The notes under the pieces: generated by a model
Databases searched by the model: none
Told to the model about the DNA's origin: nothing
The model's input: only the letters and a program-made list of their open reading frames with translations
DNA from: Squalus acanthias
Taxonomy: Eukaryota
Assembly: GCA_030390025.1 (NCBI GenBank)
Contig: CM059432.1
Span: 153,266,001 to 153,330,000, forward strand
Length of the DNA stretch: 64,000 bases
Direction of reading: 5' to 3'
Translations under genes and position numbers: made by a program
Shown here: in pieces, positions 12,793 through 24,443 of the stretch
How the letters are laid out: each line of letters opens with the position of its first letter
Position numbering within the stretch: position 1 is the stretch's first letter

Positions 12793-15385
12793 ACATAGAA
12801 ACATAGGAGCAGGAGTCGGCCATTCGGCCCTTCGAGCCTGCTCCGCCATTCAATATGATCATGGCTGATCCTCTATCTCAATACCATATTCCCGCTCTCT
12901 CCCCATATCCCTTGATGCCTTTTGTGTCTAGAAATCTATCTATCTCCTTCTTAAATATATTCAGTGACTTGGCCTCCACAACCTTCTGTGGTAGAGAATT
13001 CCACAGGTTCACCACCCTCTGAGTGAAGAAATTTCTCCTCATTTCAGTCCTAAATGGCCGACCCCTTATTCTGAGACTGTGACCCCTGGTTCTAGACTCC
13101 CCAGCCAGGGGAAACATCCTCCCTCCATCTACCCTGTCAAGCCCTGTAAGAATTTTGTATGTTTCAATGAGATCACCTCTCATTCTTCTAAACTCTAGAG
13201 AATATAGGCCTAGTCTACTCAATCTCTCCTCATAGGACAATCCCCCCATCCCAGGAACCAGTCTGGTGAATCTTCGTTGCACTCCCTCTATGGCAAGTAT
13301 ATCCTTCCTTAGGTAAGGAGACCAAAACAGTACACAATACTCGAGGTGTGGTCTCACCAGGGCCCTATATAATTGCAGTAAGACGTCTTTACTATTATAC
13401 TCAAATCTTCTTGTAATAAAGGCCAACATACCATTTGCTTTCCTAATTGCTTGCTGTACCTGCATGTTAACTTTCAGTGATTCGTGTACAAGGACACCCA
13501 GGTCTCTCTGAACACGAACAATTCCCAATCTCTCACCATTTAAAAAATACTCTGCTTTTCTATTTTTCCTACCAAAGTGGATAACTTCACATTTCTCCAC
13601 ATTATATTCCATTTGCCATGTTCTTGCCCACTCACTTAGCCTGAATATATCCCCTTGAATTCTCCTTGAATCCTCCTCACAACTTACATTCCCACCCAGC
13701 TTTGTATCATCAGCAAACTTGGATATATTACATTTGGTCCCCTCATCCAAATCATTGATATAGATTGTGAATAGCTGAGGCCCAAGCACTGATCCTTGCG
13801 GTACCCCACTAGTTACAGCCTGCCAACCCGAAAATGACCCGTTTATTCCTACTCTCTGTTTTCTGTCCGTTAACCAATCCTCAATCCATGCTAATATATT
13901 ACCCCCATCCCATGAGCCCTAATTTTGTTTAATAACCTCTTGTGCGGCACCTTATTGAATGCCTTCTGAAAATCCAAATACACCACATCCACTGGTTCCC
14001 CCTTATCTATTCTGCTAGTTACTGTCAAACACGATTTCCCTTTCATAAATCCGTGTTGACTCTGCCCAGTCCTATTATTATTTTCGAAGTGCCCTGTTAC
14101 CACGTCCTTCATAATAGATTCGAGCATTTTCCTTACTACTGATGTCAGGCTAACTGGTCTGTAGTTCCCCATTTTCTCTCTCCCTCCTTTCTTAAATAGT
14201 GGGGTTACATTTGCTACCTTCAAATCCATGGGAACCATTCCAGAATCTATGGAATTTTGGAAAATGACAACCAATGCATTCACTATCTCTTTAGCCACCT
14301 CTTCAAAACCATAGGATGTAGGCCATCATGTCCAGGGGATTTATCGGCTTTCAGTCCCATTAATTTCTCCAGTACTTTTTTTTACTAATACTAATTTCTT
14401 TCAGTTCCTCATTCTCGCCTTGGTTTTCCACTATTTCTGGGAAGTTTTTTTGCGTATTCTTCCGTGAAGACACATACAAAGTATTTGTTTAATTTCTCTG
14501 CCATTTCCTTATTCCCCATTATAACTTCTCCTGTCTCAGCCTGTAAGGGACCTACATTTACTTTTGCTAATCTTTTCCTTTTTACATAGCTGTAGAAACT
14601 TTTACATTCTGTTTTTATGTCTCTTGCTAGTTTACTCTCATATTCTATTTTCCCTTTCTTTATCAATTTCTTGGTCCTCCTTTGCTGAATTCTGAAATCC
14701 TCCCAATCCTCAGGCTTACTACTCTTTTTGGCAAAATTATAAGCCTCTTCCTTTGATCTAATACTATCTTTAACTTCTCTTGTTAGCCACGTTTGGACCA
14801 CTTTTCCTGTGGGGTTTTTGTGTCTTAAAGAAATGTATATTTGTTGTAAATTATGTATTAATTCTTTAAATGCTAGCCATTGCTTTTAATGTAGTTTCCC
14901 AATCTAGCTTAGCCAACTTGCCCCTCATACCTAGGTAGTTTGCTTTGTTTAGATTTAAGACCCTAGTTTCGGATTTAACTAAATCACTTTCAAACTCAAT
15001 ATAAAATTCTCTCATATTACGGTCACTCTTCCTTAAAGGCCCCTTTACTACAAGGTTATTAATTAACCCTTTCTCATTGCACAATACTAGATCTAAAATA
15101 GCCTGTTCCCTAGTTGGTTCCTCAACATACTGATCTGGAAAACTATCTTGCATACATTCCATGAATTCGTCCTCCACACTATTACTGCAAATTTAGTTTG
15201 CCCAGTCTATATGTAGATTAAAGTCCCCCATGATCACTGTATTACCCTTGTTACATGCGCCTCTAATTTCCTGATTTATACTCAGCCCTACATTACAATT
15301 ACTGTTTTGGGGCCTATAAACAACTCCCGCCAATGTTTCTGCCCCTTGCTGTTTCTTAGCTCCACCCAAACTGATTCTACCTTGC
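12793..15385 (-). mobile_element. CR1 LINE, most of ORF2 (APE + RT), frameshifted
   Basis: VIMGDFNLHIDW (APE), NYRPVSLTS, YLDFQKAF, FADDTKL, LVRPHLEYC, 3'UTR and aaacatag tail. Confidence 0.95.
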
Positions 15386-16462
15386 ACCAGTGACTATTTC
15401 AGATCTACATTCGCCCCTATTTTTGAATGCTGCAATACACAAACTCTGCAAGTCGAGTGAGGCATCAAAATTTAAATATGTAATATCTGCCGATTGCCTA
15501 TTTTTTTGAAACCAATACTCTCGTATCGATTGAAGCCTGTGCTATGTCTGCATTGAGATGCAGTTACTTTCTGAAGTCTCGAGTGTAGTTGCCAGGGAGA
15601 TCCATATACTCTTGTGCAGCCTTCACAGCAATATGAAGCCAGACAGCCCCCTGCAGTTTACAGTGGACCCAATCCTGGACACATGGGGACACACTCCATT
15701 GGCAATGTCAGTGGAATGGCCCAGCAGCGAGAGTGTTCCGAGTTCTCAGGCTAGTAAAAAAATACATCAAACAAAATACTACTGCGTATTTATATTAGAT
15801 TAGCTGATGTCCAGTGGCGTTGCTCATGGATCTGATCCACAACTGTGACGTTCAGCAGCTAACGTATCCCCATTTATGCCAACTCCTCAAGTCTTCCCTG
15901 TAGGAATCCAGGTAATTATAGCTGCTTGTAAGTTGCTTGGGCCAATTTGAAATCAGTAAATTGCCTGTAAATATCAGATTGCATTTGTAACAAATTGTGA
16001 CATCTAGTGTTTGTTGTCTAGAATGTGACAGATGCGAACTTTACACACATTTGTTTATGTGCAGACATACACACAAGCGTATGTGTAGGTTAGAGGATAT
16101 CCTGTTTTATAGGATGGGAGCATTATATCATGTAACACATAATGTATTAGTCTGCTGCCTAAAGTATATAACTTGCCGTGTCCCGTTAAGGTTACAAGAC
16201 ACAATTCTGTGCTTTCCTCGGACCAACTAGAGACTTATTGTTCTTGAGCTGATCTTCAGGCCATTTAGAAGTTGGACTGACTTCTTTATAATACTTATTT
16301 AAAGTGTGACTCCTGAAATGAATTAGAAGGTATTTTTTCTTGGTGGAGAAGTTTTTCTGTACATCAGCAATGGTTACTGTCTTTTTATGTAACTTTTAAA
16401 AGTAGGATATGTGCCACATCTTAAGTGTGACAGCTGCATCTCAAAAATAGATGTATAAATAA

Positions 16463-17000
16463 ATATAAACAGAAAATGCTGGAAATACTCAGCAGGTCAG
16501 GTAACATCTGTGGAGGGAGAAACAGAGTTAATTCAGGTATATGACCTTTCATCAGAACTGGAAAATGTTAGAGATATAACAGGTTTTAAGCAAGTACAGA
16601 GGCAGAGAAAGGGGGATGGGAGGAACGAACAAAAGGGAAGGTCTGTGAAAGGGTGGAAGGCAGGAGTGATTAAATGACAAAAGGGATGATGGTGCAAGGC
16701 AAAATGAGATAGTAATGGGACAAGTAAAGAAACAAAAGATGGGTCTAGAAGAAGTGTAAATGGGAATGGTAGCATCATCAACAGCTGCCATGTGAAAAAA
16801 ATGGGGGCAGAGGTTATGATCTGAAATTGTTGAACTCAATGTTGAGTCCGGAAGGCTGTAAAGTGCCTAATGGAAAGATGAGGTGCTGTTCCTCGAGCTT
16901 ACGTTGAGCTTCATTAGAACAGTATTGGAGGCCGAGGACAGAGAGGTCAGAGTGGGAGTGGAGCAAAAATTAAAGTTACAGGCAACCGGAAGCTTGTGGA
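16463..17000 (-). mobile_element. Penelope-like element 3' end (GIY-YIG C-terminus, 3'UTR, decayed hammerhead)
   Basis: Minus strand reads LSVLGLQYCSNEAQRKLEEQHLIFPLGTLQPSGLNIEFNNFRS*; downstream agtt-CTGATGA-a-aggt..acct-GAA-tt-aact at 16559-16526. Confidence 0.8.
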
Positions 17001-17019
17001 CTGAATGGAGGTGTTCTGC

Positions 17020-17318
17020 AAAGACTGCTCTGATAGACGCATCGTTTCAGCCTGTTCTTGTCCCATGGAACTGATTTCTTCCTTTCTCGACTCTATTTTT
17101 TCTGCCCTTGCCTAGTCTCTTCAAACCTACATCCGCGACTCTTCTGACGCCCTCTGCCTTTAAGTTTCTAGTTCCTGGCCCTAACTGTCTCCTTTTCACC
17201 ATGGACGTTCAATCCCTCTACACCTCCATCCCCCACCAGAACGGCCTGAGGGCGCTCCACTCCTTCATTGAACAGAGGCCCAACCAGTCCCCAACCACCA
17301 CCACCCTCCTCTGCGTAC
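17020..17318 (+). mobile_element. Penelope-like RT fragment, inverted relative to the adjacent 3' end
   Basis: ORF 17108-17323 contains LFTMDVQSLYTSIPH, the PLE RT motif DVxSLYTxIP. Confidence 0.85.
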
Positions 17319-17319
17319 T

Positions 17320-18240
17320 TTAGAGGAAAGTTTAGACGTGGGATGTGCGTGGTGAGACACCAGGCACGAGTGGCCTGCAGCCAGGGCAGGGAGAAAGGGT
17401 AGCTCAAGTCGGAGGGCGTGGCCGCACACGAGTTCTGCTGCACAGGATTCAGATGAAGACTTCGATGGGGCGACCTACAGAAGAACGCTGATGAGTATGC
17501 ACAATGAAATGCTTGGTGCATTGGCAGGCCTGCCAGAAAGCCTGAATGCAATGTCAAGGAGCATGGAGGAGTCCGGCTCCAGTCATGCACAGGGCTTTGG
17601 GCAGAGCTTGGAGCCTATCTTTTCCAGCATGGAAGGTCTGGGCAGATCCATCAACGTACTTGTGGACCCAACCATCATGCCACGTCTGATGGCCGAAGTC
17701 TCAGCTTCCATTGCAGCACAAGCAGAAGCCACCCAACGCATGAGTACTGCAATGGAAGCTCAGACTGAAGACATGCAAGCACAGACTGCTGCCATCATGG
17801 CTGGGTTTACCAGTGTTGAAAGGGGCTTGCAGGGTGTCACAACAGTCCAGCAGTCTATACTCCAGCAGATTACTAGGATTGCTGAGGCGCCGCCCCGGGT
17901 GAGTGGCAGTGGCTCCGTAGAGCAAGAACCATCTGTCCTCTCTCAGGATGACAGTATTCGCCCCCCCACCACTGCCACTCCGCCAATGCCCTTGCTGCTG
18001 CCTGTCAGCCAGCCAGCCCAGACTGTTGCCGCCCATGCCGAAGTGGTGCAGTCTGATGCTGGCTTACTAGGCTCAGAGCTCCTCGAGATCATCCTGCAAG
18101 GCCATCTGCAGTCTCCTCCACTGAAAGTCAGTGGCCTTCCACCAGCCATGCCGTAGCCACTGGTGTAGCACTGCGTAGGAGCACTAGGATAGGCAAAGGC
18201 ACACGCAAGATCAAGGGAATGCACAAGGGTGATTTTTTGA
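17320..18240 (+). pseudogene. Harbinger Myb-like partner gene, last-exon remnant
   Basis: MHNEMLGALAGLPESL..MAEVSASIAAQA..AAIMAGFTSVERGLQGVT matches copy 1 exon 3. Confidence 0.8.
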
Positions 18241-18390
18241 TGTAATATTAGATGGATAGATGTATAAAGTTGGATTGGAATGTTTGCTTTGTGGTGGCTT
18301 TTATTTCAGCATTGTGGCCAAGAGGACGCTGTGATGGTCAGTAACAGAGGGAAGGTAAGGTGTGGGACAAATGTTGAATGGGGATTGTGT

Positions 18391-20068
18391 TCACTCGTAC
18401 CGCAGGTAGATGATTCGATCCTGGATATCCCAGGCAGAAAGGTGCTGTCTGGGTTGCCTCCTTTCTTCTGCTTCCTCCTCCTCCTCTTCCGCTTCCTCCT
18501 CCTCCTCCTCCTCATCCTCCTCCTCATCCCCCTCCTCTTCCGCTTCCTCCTCTTCCGTCTCCTCCTCCTCCTCTTGCTCTGGAGCTGGTGGCTGTATCCC
18601 TGGTGGCAAGAGCTGTGCCCTCATGATGGCCAGGTTGTGGAGGATACAGCAGACCATGACAACTTCAGGACACATGCTCCGGTGAGTACTGAGTCAGCCG
18701 TGGCTCAGTGGGTCACACTCTCGCCTCTGAATCAGAAGACTGTGGGTTCATGTCCCACTCCAGAGACTTGAGCACAAAAATCTAGGCTGACACTCCAGTG
18801 CAGTACTGAGGGAGTGCCGCACTATCGGAGATGCTGTCTTTTGGAGGAGACGTTAAACCGTAAGCCTCAACTGCTCTCTCAGATCCCATGGCACTATTTT
18901 GAAGAAGAGCAGGGGAGTTATCCCTGGTGTCCTGGCCAACATTTATCCCTCAATCAACAGAACAAAAACTGATTATCTGGTCATTATCACACTGCTGTTT
19001 GTGGGAGCTTGCTGTGCGCAATTGGTTGCTGCATTTCACTACATTACAACAGTGACTACACTTCAAAAGTACTTCATTGGTTGTAAAGCGCATTGGGACA
19101 TCCTGAGGTTGTGAAAGGTGCTATAGAAATGCAAGACTTTATTTTCCTTTTTTACTGTAGGACTCCTCCAGAGAGATCCAGGCAGCGGAACTGTTGTTTA
19201 AGGACGCTCTATAATGTTTTTTGTGGCCGCATGGCTCTCATTATATGAATGCTGGTCACATGTGTTTGGTTTGCGTAGTGGAGTCATGAGCCAACTGGTC
19301 AAGGGCCCTTGTTGCCCAGTAGCCACCCTCTGGTTTGTCGTGGTGGCTCAAAGACTAAGGGAACAGCGGACTGGCACAGAATAAAAGCATCATGACTACT
19401 GCCAGGATACCGGGCATTCACCATCATGATGTGCTGAGCATGGTCGCACACCAACTGCACATTCAGCGAGTGGTAACCTTTGCGGTTGCGGTACATCTCA
19501 GCATTTAGATAAGGTGCCCGCAAAGCCACATGCGTGTAGTCGATGGCACCCTGCACCATGGGGAAGCCTGCTATCCTGGCAAAGCCATGTGCACGCTCCA
19601 ACTGCTTCTCTCTGGTCAGAGAGAAGACAATGAAGTCCCCTCTCCTGGCATAAAGAACGTCTGTCAGCTCTCTTACGCAGCAGTGGATGGCGAACTGGGA
19701 GATGTTACAGATGTCACCTGTTGCAGCTTGGAAGGATCCTGCGCAAAGAAAATTAGGGCCATGGTCACCTTCACAGCCACTGGCAGCGCTGTCCTTGCCC
19801 TGGAGTGAGGCTGCAGGTCTGGTTGCAAGAGGTGGCAGAGTTCTGTGAGCACCTCCTTCGTAAAGCGCGGATGCCTCACACACTGCTCCTGGCTCAGGGT
19901 GAGGTAAGAGAATTGCTCTCGGAAGACCCTAGGTGGGTAAGGCCTCCTGCTGAGAGCCTTTCTCCTCCTCCTCCTCCCTCTGTGAGCAGCTTGTCCTCTT
20001 CTTAGCTGCCTCTGCTCCATCTTCCTCTCATGCAGCAGTCCAAGGGGGGGTGACAACTGGAGCCCCAT
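18391..20068 (-). pseudogene. Harbinger transposase, copy 2, frameshifted and SINE-interrupted
   Basis: GFPMVQGAIDYTH, YRNRKGYHSLNVQLVCD, YPGSSHDAF, GNKG (D>N), CCILHN, poly-E tail. Confidence 0.9.
18692..19152 (+). mobile_element. Full-length tRNA-derived DeuSINE inside transposase
   Basis: A box tggctcagtgg, B box gggttcatgtccc, Deu domain, tail; TSD tactg (18687, 19153). Confidence 0.9.
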
Positions 20069-20199
20069 GACCGGGAGCAAGTGGTCTGACCATAACCCTT
20101 GAAGTCAGAAGACCTTCTCCACTTGCAGCACCACTCCCTGTCACCTGACCAAGTTTAAATAACTGTAGAAAGCGCCAAACAGTTCCACAGACTTACACA

Positions 20200-21356
20200 G
20201 CAGTGGCAGCGGCGAGAGGATAAAGAGCGGCCCGAGAGCGGAGCTGAATTAAAGCAGTGGCAGCGGCGAGAGGATAAAGAGCGGCCCGAGAGCGGAGCTG
20301 AATTAAAGCAGTGGCAGCGGCGAGAGGATAAAGAGCGGCCCGAGAGCGGAGCTGAATTAAAGCAGTGCCAGCGGCGAGAGGATAAAGAGCGGCTCGAGAG
20401 CGGAGCTGAATTAAAGCAGCGACAGCGGCGAGAGGATAAAGAGCGGCTCGAGAGCGGAGCTGAATTAAAGCAGCGACAGCGGCGAGAGGATAAAGAGCGG
20501 CCCGAGAGCGGAGCTGAATTAAAGCAGCGGCGAGAGGATAAAGAGCGGCCCGAGAGCGGAGCTGAATTAAAGCACTGACAGCGGTGAGAGGATAAAGAGC
20601 GGCCCGAGAGCGGAGCTGAATTAAAGCAGCGGCGAGAGGATAAAGAGCGGCTCGAGAGCGGACCTGAATTAAAGCAGTGACAGCGGCGAGAGGATAAAGA
20701 GCGGCCCGAGAGCAGAGCTGAATTAGAGCAGTGGCAGCGGCGAGAGGATAAAGAGCGGCCCGAGAGCGGACCTGAATTAAAGCAGTGACAGCGGCGAGAG
20801 GATAAAGAGCGGCCCGAGAGCGGAGCTGAATTAAAGCAGCGGCGAGAGGATAAAGAGCGGCCCGAGAGCGGAGCTGAATTAAAGCAGTGACAGCGGCGAG
20901 AGGATAAAGAGCGGCCCGAGAGCGGTGCTGAATTAAAGCAGTGGTGAGAGGATAAAGAGCGGCCCGAGAGCGGAGCTGAATTAAAGCAGTGGCGAGAAGA
21001 TAAAGAGCGGCCCGAGAGCGGCCCTGAATTAAAACACTGACAGCGGTGAGAGGATAAAGAGCGGCCCGAGAGCAGACCTGAATTAAAGCAGTGGCGAGAA
21101 GATAAAGAGCGGCCCGAGAGCGGCCCTGAATTAAAACACTGACAGCGGTGAGAGGATAAAGAGCAGCCCGAGAGCAGACCTGAATTAAAGCAGTGGCGAG
21201 AGGATAAAGAGCGGCCCGAGAGCGGAGCTGAATTAAAACAGCAGCAGCGGGGAGAGGATAAAGAGCAGCCCGAGAGCGGACCTGAATTAAAGCAGTGACA
21301 GCGGCGAGAGGATAAAGAGCGGCCCGGGAGCGGAGCTGAATTAAAGCAGTGGCGAG
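20200..21356 (+). repeat. CpG-rich tandem array, ~22 units of 54 or 48 bp, at the CR1 5' end
   Basis: Unit gcagtg(gcagcg)gcgagaggataaagagcggcccgagagcggagctgaattaaa; 22 AALY repeats in the spurious antisense ORF. Confidence 0.95.
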
Positions 21357-21383
21357 GCTCCGATTCAAAAACAACATCAAAGA

Positions 21384-21415
21384 GTGACGTCACAGGAGAG
21401 CAGGTAAGTGATTGG
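21384..21415 (+). promoter_or_regulatory. CRE palindrome, 5' splice donor and inverted CCAAT in the CR1 5'UTR
   Basis: GTGACGTCAC 21384-21393, CAG|GTAAGT 21401-21409, ATTGG 21411-21415. Confidence 0.4.
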
Positions 21416-22157
21416 TTGGTGAGTATTACAGCTCTATTTTGCTCTCTAAGTTAGGGAAGGGGGTTAAATTAAGAGCTGAGAAACTGTAACTTACTAGTAC
21501 TTATTAAATTAATAACTTAAACTAAATAAAATAATCAAAGAATAAACCTAAAATATCGATTGAATAAAATCTTTAACTAATTAATTAATAAAAAATAAAA
21601 AATTGTTAGAGATGGCAGGGCAGGTAGTGTGTCGTAACTGCAGCATGTGGGAGTCTGTGGAGAGCATCGCAATCCCGAGCAACCACATCTGCAGTAAGTG
21701 TCTGCAACTCGAGGATCTTCGGCTCAGAATTGTTGAGCTGGAATACGAGCTGCAGATATTGCGATGCATCAGGGAGGGGGAGAGTTACCTGGACACTTTG
21801 TTCCAGGAGGCAGTCACACCCTTTAGGTTAAGTAGTACTTTAGAGTTTGTCAGTGGTCAGGGACAGGAGGGTGTGACTGCGAGTCAGGAAGGTATGGGGA
21901 CCCAGGATGTAGTGATGGAGGAGCCTCAGCCCTGGACCTTGTCCAACAGGTACGAGGTACTTTCTACCTGTGTGGATGAGGAAAAGGACTGCAGGGAGGA
22001 TGGGCAAACTGACCACGGCACTGTGGTACAGGGGGCCATCCAAGTGGGGGGAGAAGGAAGGAATGTGGTAGTAGTAGCGGACAGTATAGTCAGGGGGATA
22101 GATACTGTTCTCTGCAGCCGCGAAAGAGAGTCCTGAAGGCTGTGTTGCCTGCCCGGT

Positions 22158-22382
22158 TGAGAGGTCGCACAACACCAGGTTATAGTCCAACAGTTTTATT
22201 TGAAATCACAAGCTTTCGGAGCTATCGATTGCCCCTTCCTCAGGTGAAGTCTTCACCTGAGGAAGGGGCAATCGATAGCTCCGAAAGCTTGTGATTTCAA
22301 ATAAAACTGTTGGACTATAACCTGGTGTTGTGCGACCTCTCAATTTTGTCCACCCCAGTCCAACACCGGCATCTCCGCATCA
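22158..22382 (+). mobile_element. Mini Penelope-type fold-back element, copy 2 (perfect palindrome)
   Basis: 93-bp perfect arms 22157-22249/22251-22343 with 1-nt centre, same tail, 12-bp TSD tgcctgcccggt (22146, 22383). Confidence 0.9.
22253..22294 (+). ncRNA. Minimal type I hammerhead ribozyme (mirror copy on minus strand 22206-22247)
   Basis: tcac-CTGAGGA-a-GGGGC(aatcgata)GCTCC-GAAA-GCT-T-gtga. Confidence 0.75.
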
Positions 22383-22928
22383 TGCCTGCCCGGTGCCAGG
22401 GTTAAGGATAGCTCCTCGCAGCTGGAGAAGAACGTGGAGTGGGAGGGGGAGGATCCAGTTGTCGTGGTCCATGTAGGAACCAACGACATAGGTAGAACTA
22501 ACAATGAGGTTCTGCTGAGGGAGTTTGAGAAGCTAGGGTCTAAATTAATAAGCAGAACAACCAGGGTAATAATCTCTGGATTACTACCTGAGCCACGAGC
22601 AAATTGGCATAGGGTCAAGCAGATCAGAGAATTAAATACGTGGCTCAAAGAGTGGTGTGGGAAAAAGGGGTTTCAATTCATGGGGCACTGGCACCAGTAC
22701 TGGGGAAAGAGGGAGCTGTTCCGTCGAGACGGGGTCCACTTAAACCGGGCTGGGACCAGCGTCCTGGTGAATCGAATAACTAGGGCTGTAGATAGGCCTT
22801 TAAACTAAAAAAGGGGGGTGGGGGGGTCAGGTGAGGGGAAATTTAGAAATCTGAAGAGAATGGTCAGGGCAATAGAGCAGTGTAGCGATTTGGGTAAAAA
22901 TAAGCAGAGTGTGACAGGAATGGACAGA

Positions 22929-23823
22929 GGGGGAAAAATTCAGTATCGCCCCATTTGGGGCGCAATTATCGGCCGGGCGCAAAGATTAGCGCCTGGCGCT
23001 AATTATCGCCTCCGACTGCAAACTTGACTTTTATCGCCCCTGGAGGTAATTGGAGCGCTAAATCAGGCGCTACACATCTGTCTTAAGGCGCAAAGGCCGA
23101 GGAGTCAGGCGCTAACTCAGAGCGCTGGTGAAACTCAGGTGATGTCAGTCAGCAATGGAACACAGACACAATAGTGCCAGCCAGTTCTTAAAGGGGAGGG
23201 TTGATCTTGCTTTCCATCCACATCCTGCTCATTGCAGCCTTGAATCTCGGCCTGGAGAGACCTGCACATCAAATCTGCTGGAAAGAACAATGGAGAGTAC
23301 CAGGGAAAGAGCTCAGAGTGCAACCCCCACACTCTCTTCTAAATCGATACAATGAAGGGCAAATCAAAATGAATCTGCAAAGTGCTGCTCAATAACCAAA
23401 ACTCCTTCACACAGCGTTGAATCTCTCCAGAAGTCTCTCTCTCTCTCTCTCTCAGAATGCATGGTTCAAAAATGTCATCAACAAAAAAAGGCAGGAAGCG
23501 GTCACCTTTAAATAGCGCTCCCCCAGTCCCTTCCCGACTGCAAAACGCTCCCCTCAACCTGTCGTTGCTAGCGGCAGGCGGTAAGGCAGGGGGCGCCACT
23601 CAATATCCGCTCCGGGGCGCTACCGAGGCGTTGCGCACTCGACTGACGTCACGATCTGCCAGCGCAGGAGATGGTGGCGGTAGTGTTTAGCGCTGCCGCA
23701 AAATGTCTAGTTAATTTCGCGAGCGGCGCAAACATCGCCGCGCCCGGGCGCTAGTTGCTTTGCGCCCCATTAGCGCCCTCTTAAGGCGCTAACGGGAGGC
23801 GCAACCAACTGAATTTTTCCCCC
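22929..23823. mobile_element. 895-bp Harbinger-type MITE, copy A
   Basis: Perfect 16-bp TIR GGGGGAAAAATTCAGT, 3-bp TSD AGA; sits between CR1 ORF1 and ORF2. Confidence 0.9.
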
Positions 23824-24443
23824 AGAGAGTTTAACGGTAGCAGTGCAGCAGAGAATAAGGTCAAAGCAGGGAATAATGGTAAAAAATTTAAATTAAAGGC
23901 AATTTATCTGAATGCACGAAGCATTCGTAACAAGATAGACAAACTAGTGGCACAAATAGAGATAAATGAGTTTGATCTAATAGCCATTACAGAGACATGG
24001 TTGTAAGGTGGCCAAGGTTGGGAACTAAATGTTCCAGGGTACTTGACATTTCGAAAAGACAGGCACAATGGAAAAGGAGGGGGAGTAGCTCTGATAATAA
24101 AAGATGACATAAGGACAGTAGCGAGAAAGGATCTTGGTTCGGAAGATCAGGAAGTAGAATCAGTATGGGTGGAGATAAGGAATAACAAGGGGCAGAAAAC
24201 ACTGGTAGAAGTAGTATATAGGCCCCCTAACAGTAGCTGAACCGTTGGACAGAATATTAATCAAAAAATAGTAGGAGCATGCAACAAAGGTAATGCAATA
24301 ATCTTGGGGGACTTTAATCTTCATATAGACTGGACAAATCAAATTGGCAAAGGTAGTCTGGAGGACAAGTTCATGGAATGCATTCGGGACAGTTTCCTAC
24401 AACAATATGTCATGGAATCAACCAGGGAACGGGCTATTTTAGA

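Larger units (their letters stand above)
17320..20197. mobile_element. PIF/Harbinger transposon, copy 2 (opposite orientation, ends lost)
   Basis: Homologous to 4290-6450 of copy 1; transposase on minus strand, Myb-partner last exon on plus strand. Confidence 0.9.
21612..22808 (+). pseudogene. CR1 ORF1: zinc finger/leucine zipper + SGNH esterase, disrupted
   Basis: CRNC..CSKC + coiled coil; DSIVRG, CLPGARVKD, HVGTND, DGVHLN; TGA at 22134 and insertion at 22158-22382. Confidence 0.9.
20200..24443 (+). mobile_element. CR1 LINE 5' portion (5'UTR, ORF1, APE domain of ORF2)
   Basis: ORF1 at 21612; APE remnant LNARSIRNK..IAITETWL..VYRPPNS..GDFNL from ~23886; truncated at 24443. Inclusion of the array is inferred from adjacency. 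Confidence 0.85.

Noticed and set aside
15567..15750. Minus-strand exon candidate (ttttttactag acceptor, gtaact donor)
   Set aside because: All three frames contain stops and there is no other support.
18440..18575. Poly-Ser/Leu/Arg ORFs
   Set aside because: Alternative frames of the transposase poly-Glu (GAG)n tail.
20155..21393. 412-aa and 395-aa repetitive ORFs on the minus strand
   Set aside because: They arise because the 54/48-bp units are multiples of 3 and lack stops; antisense to the CR1, with no domain signature.
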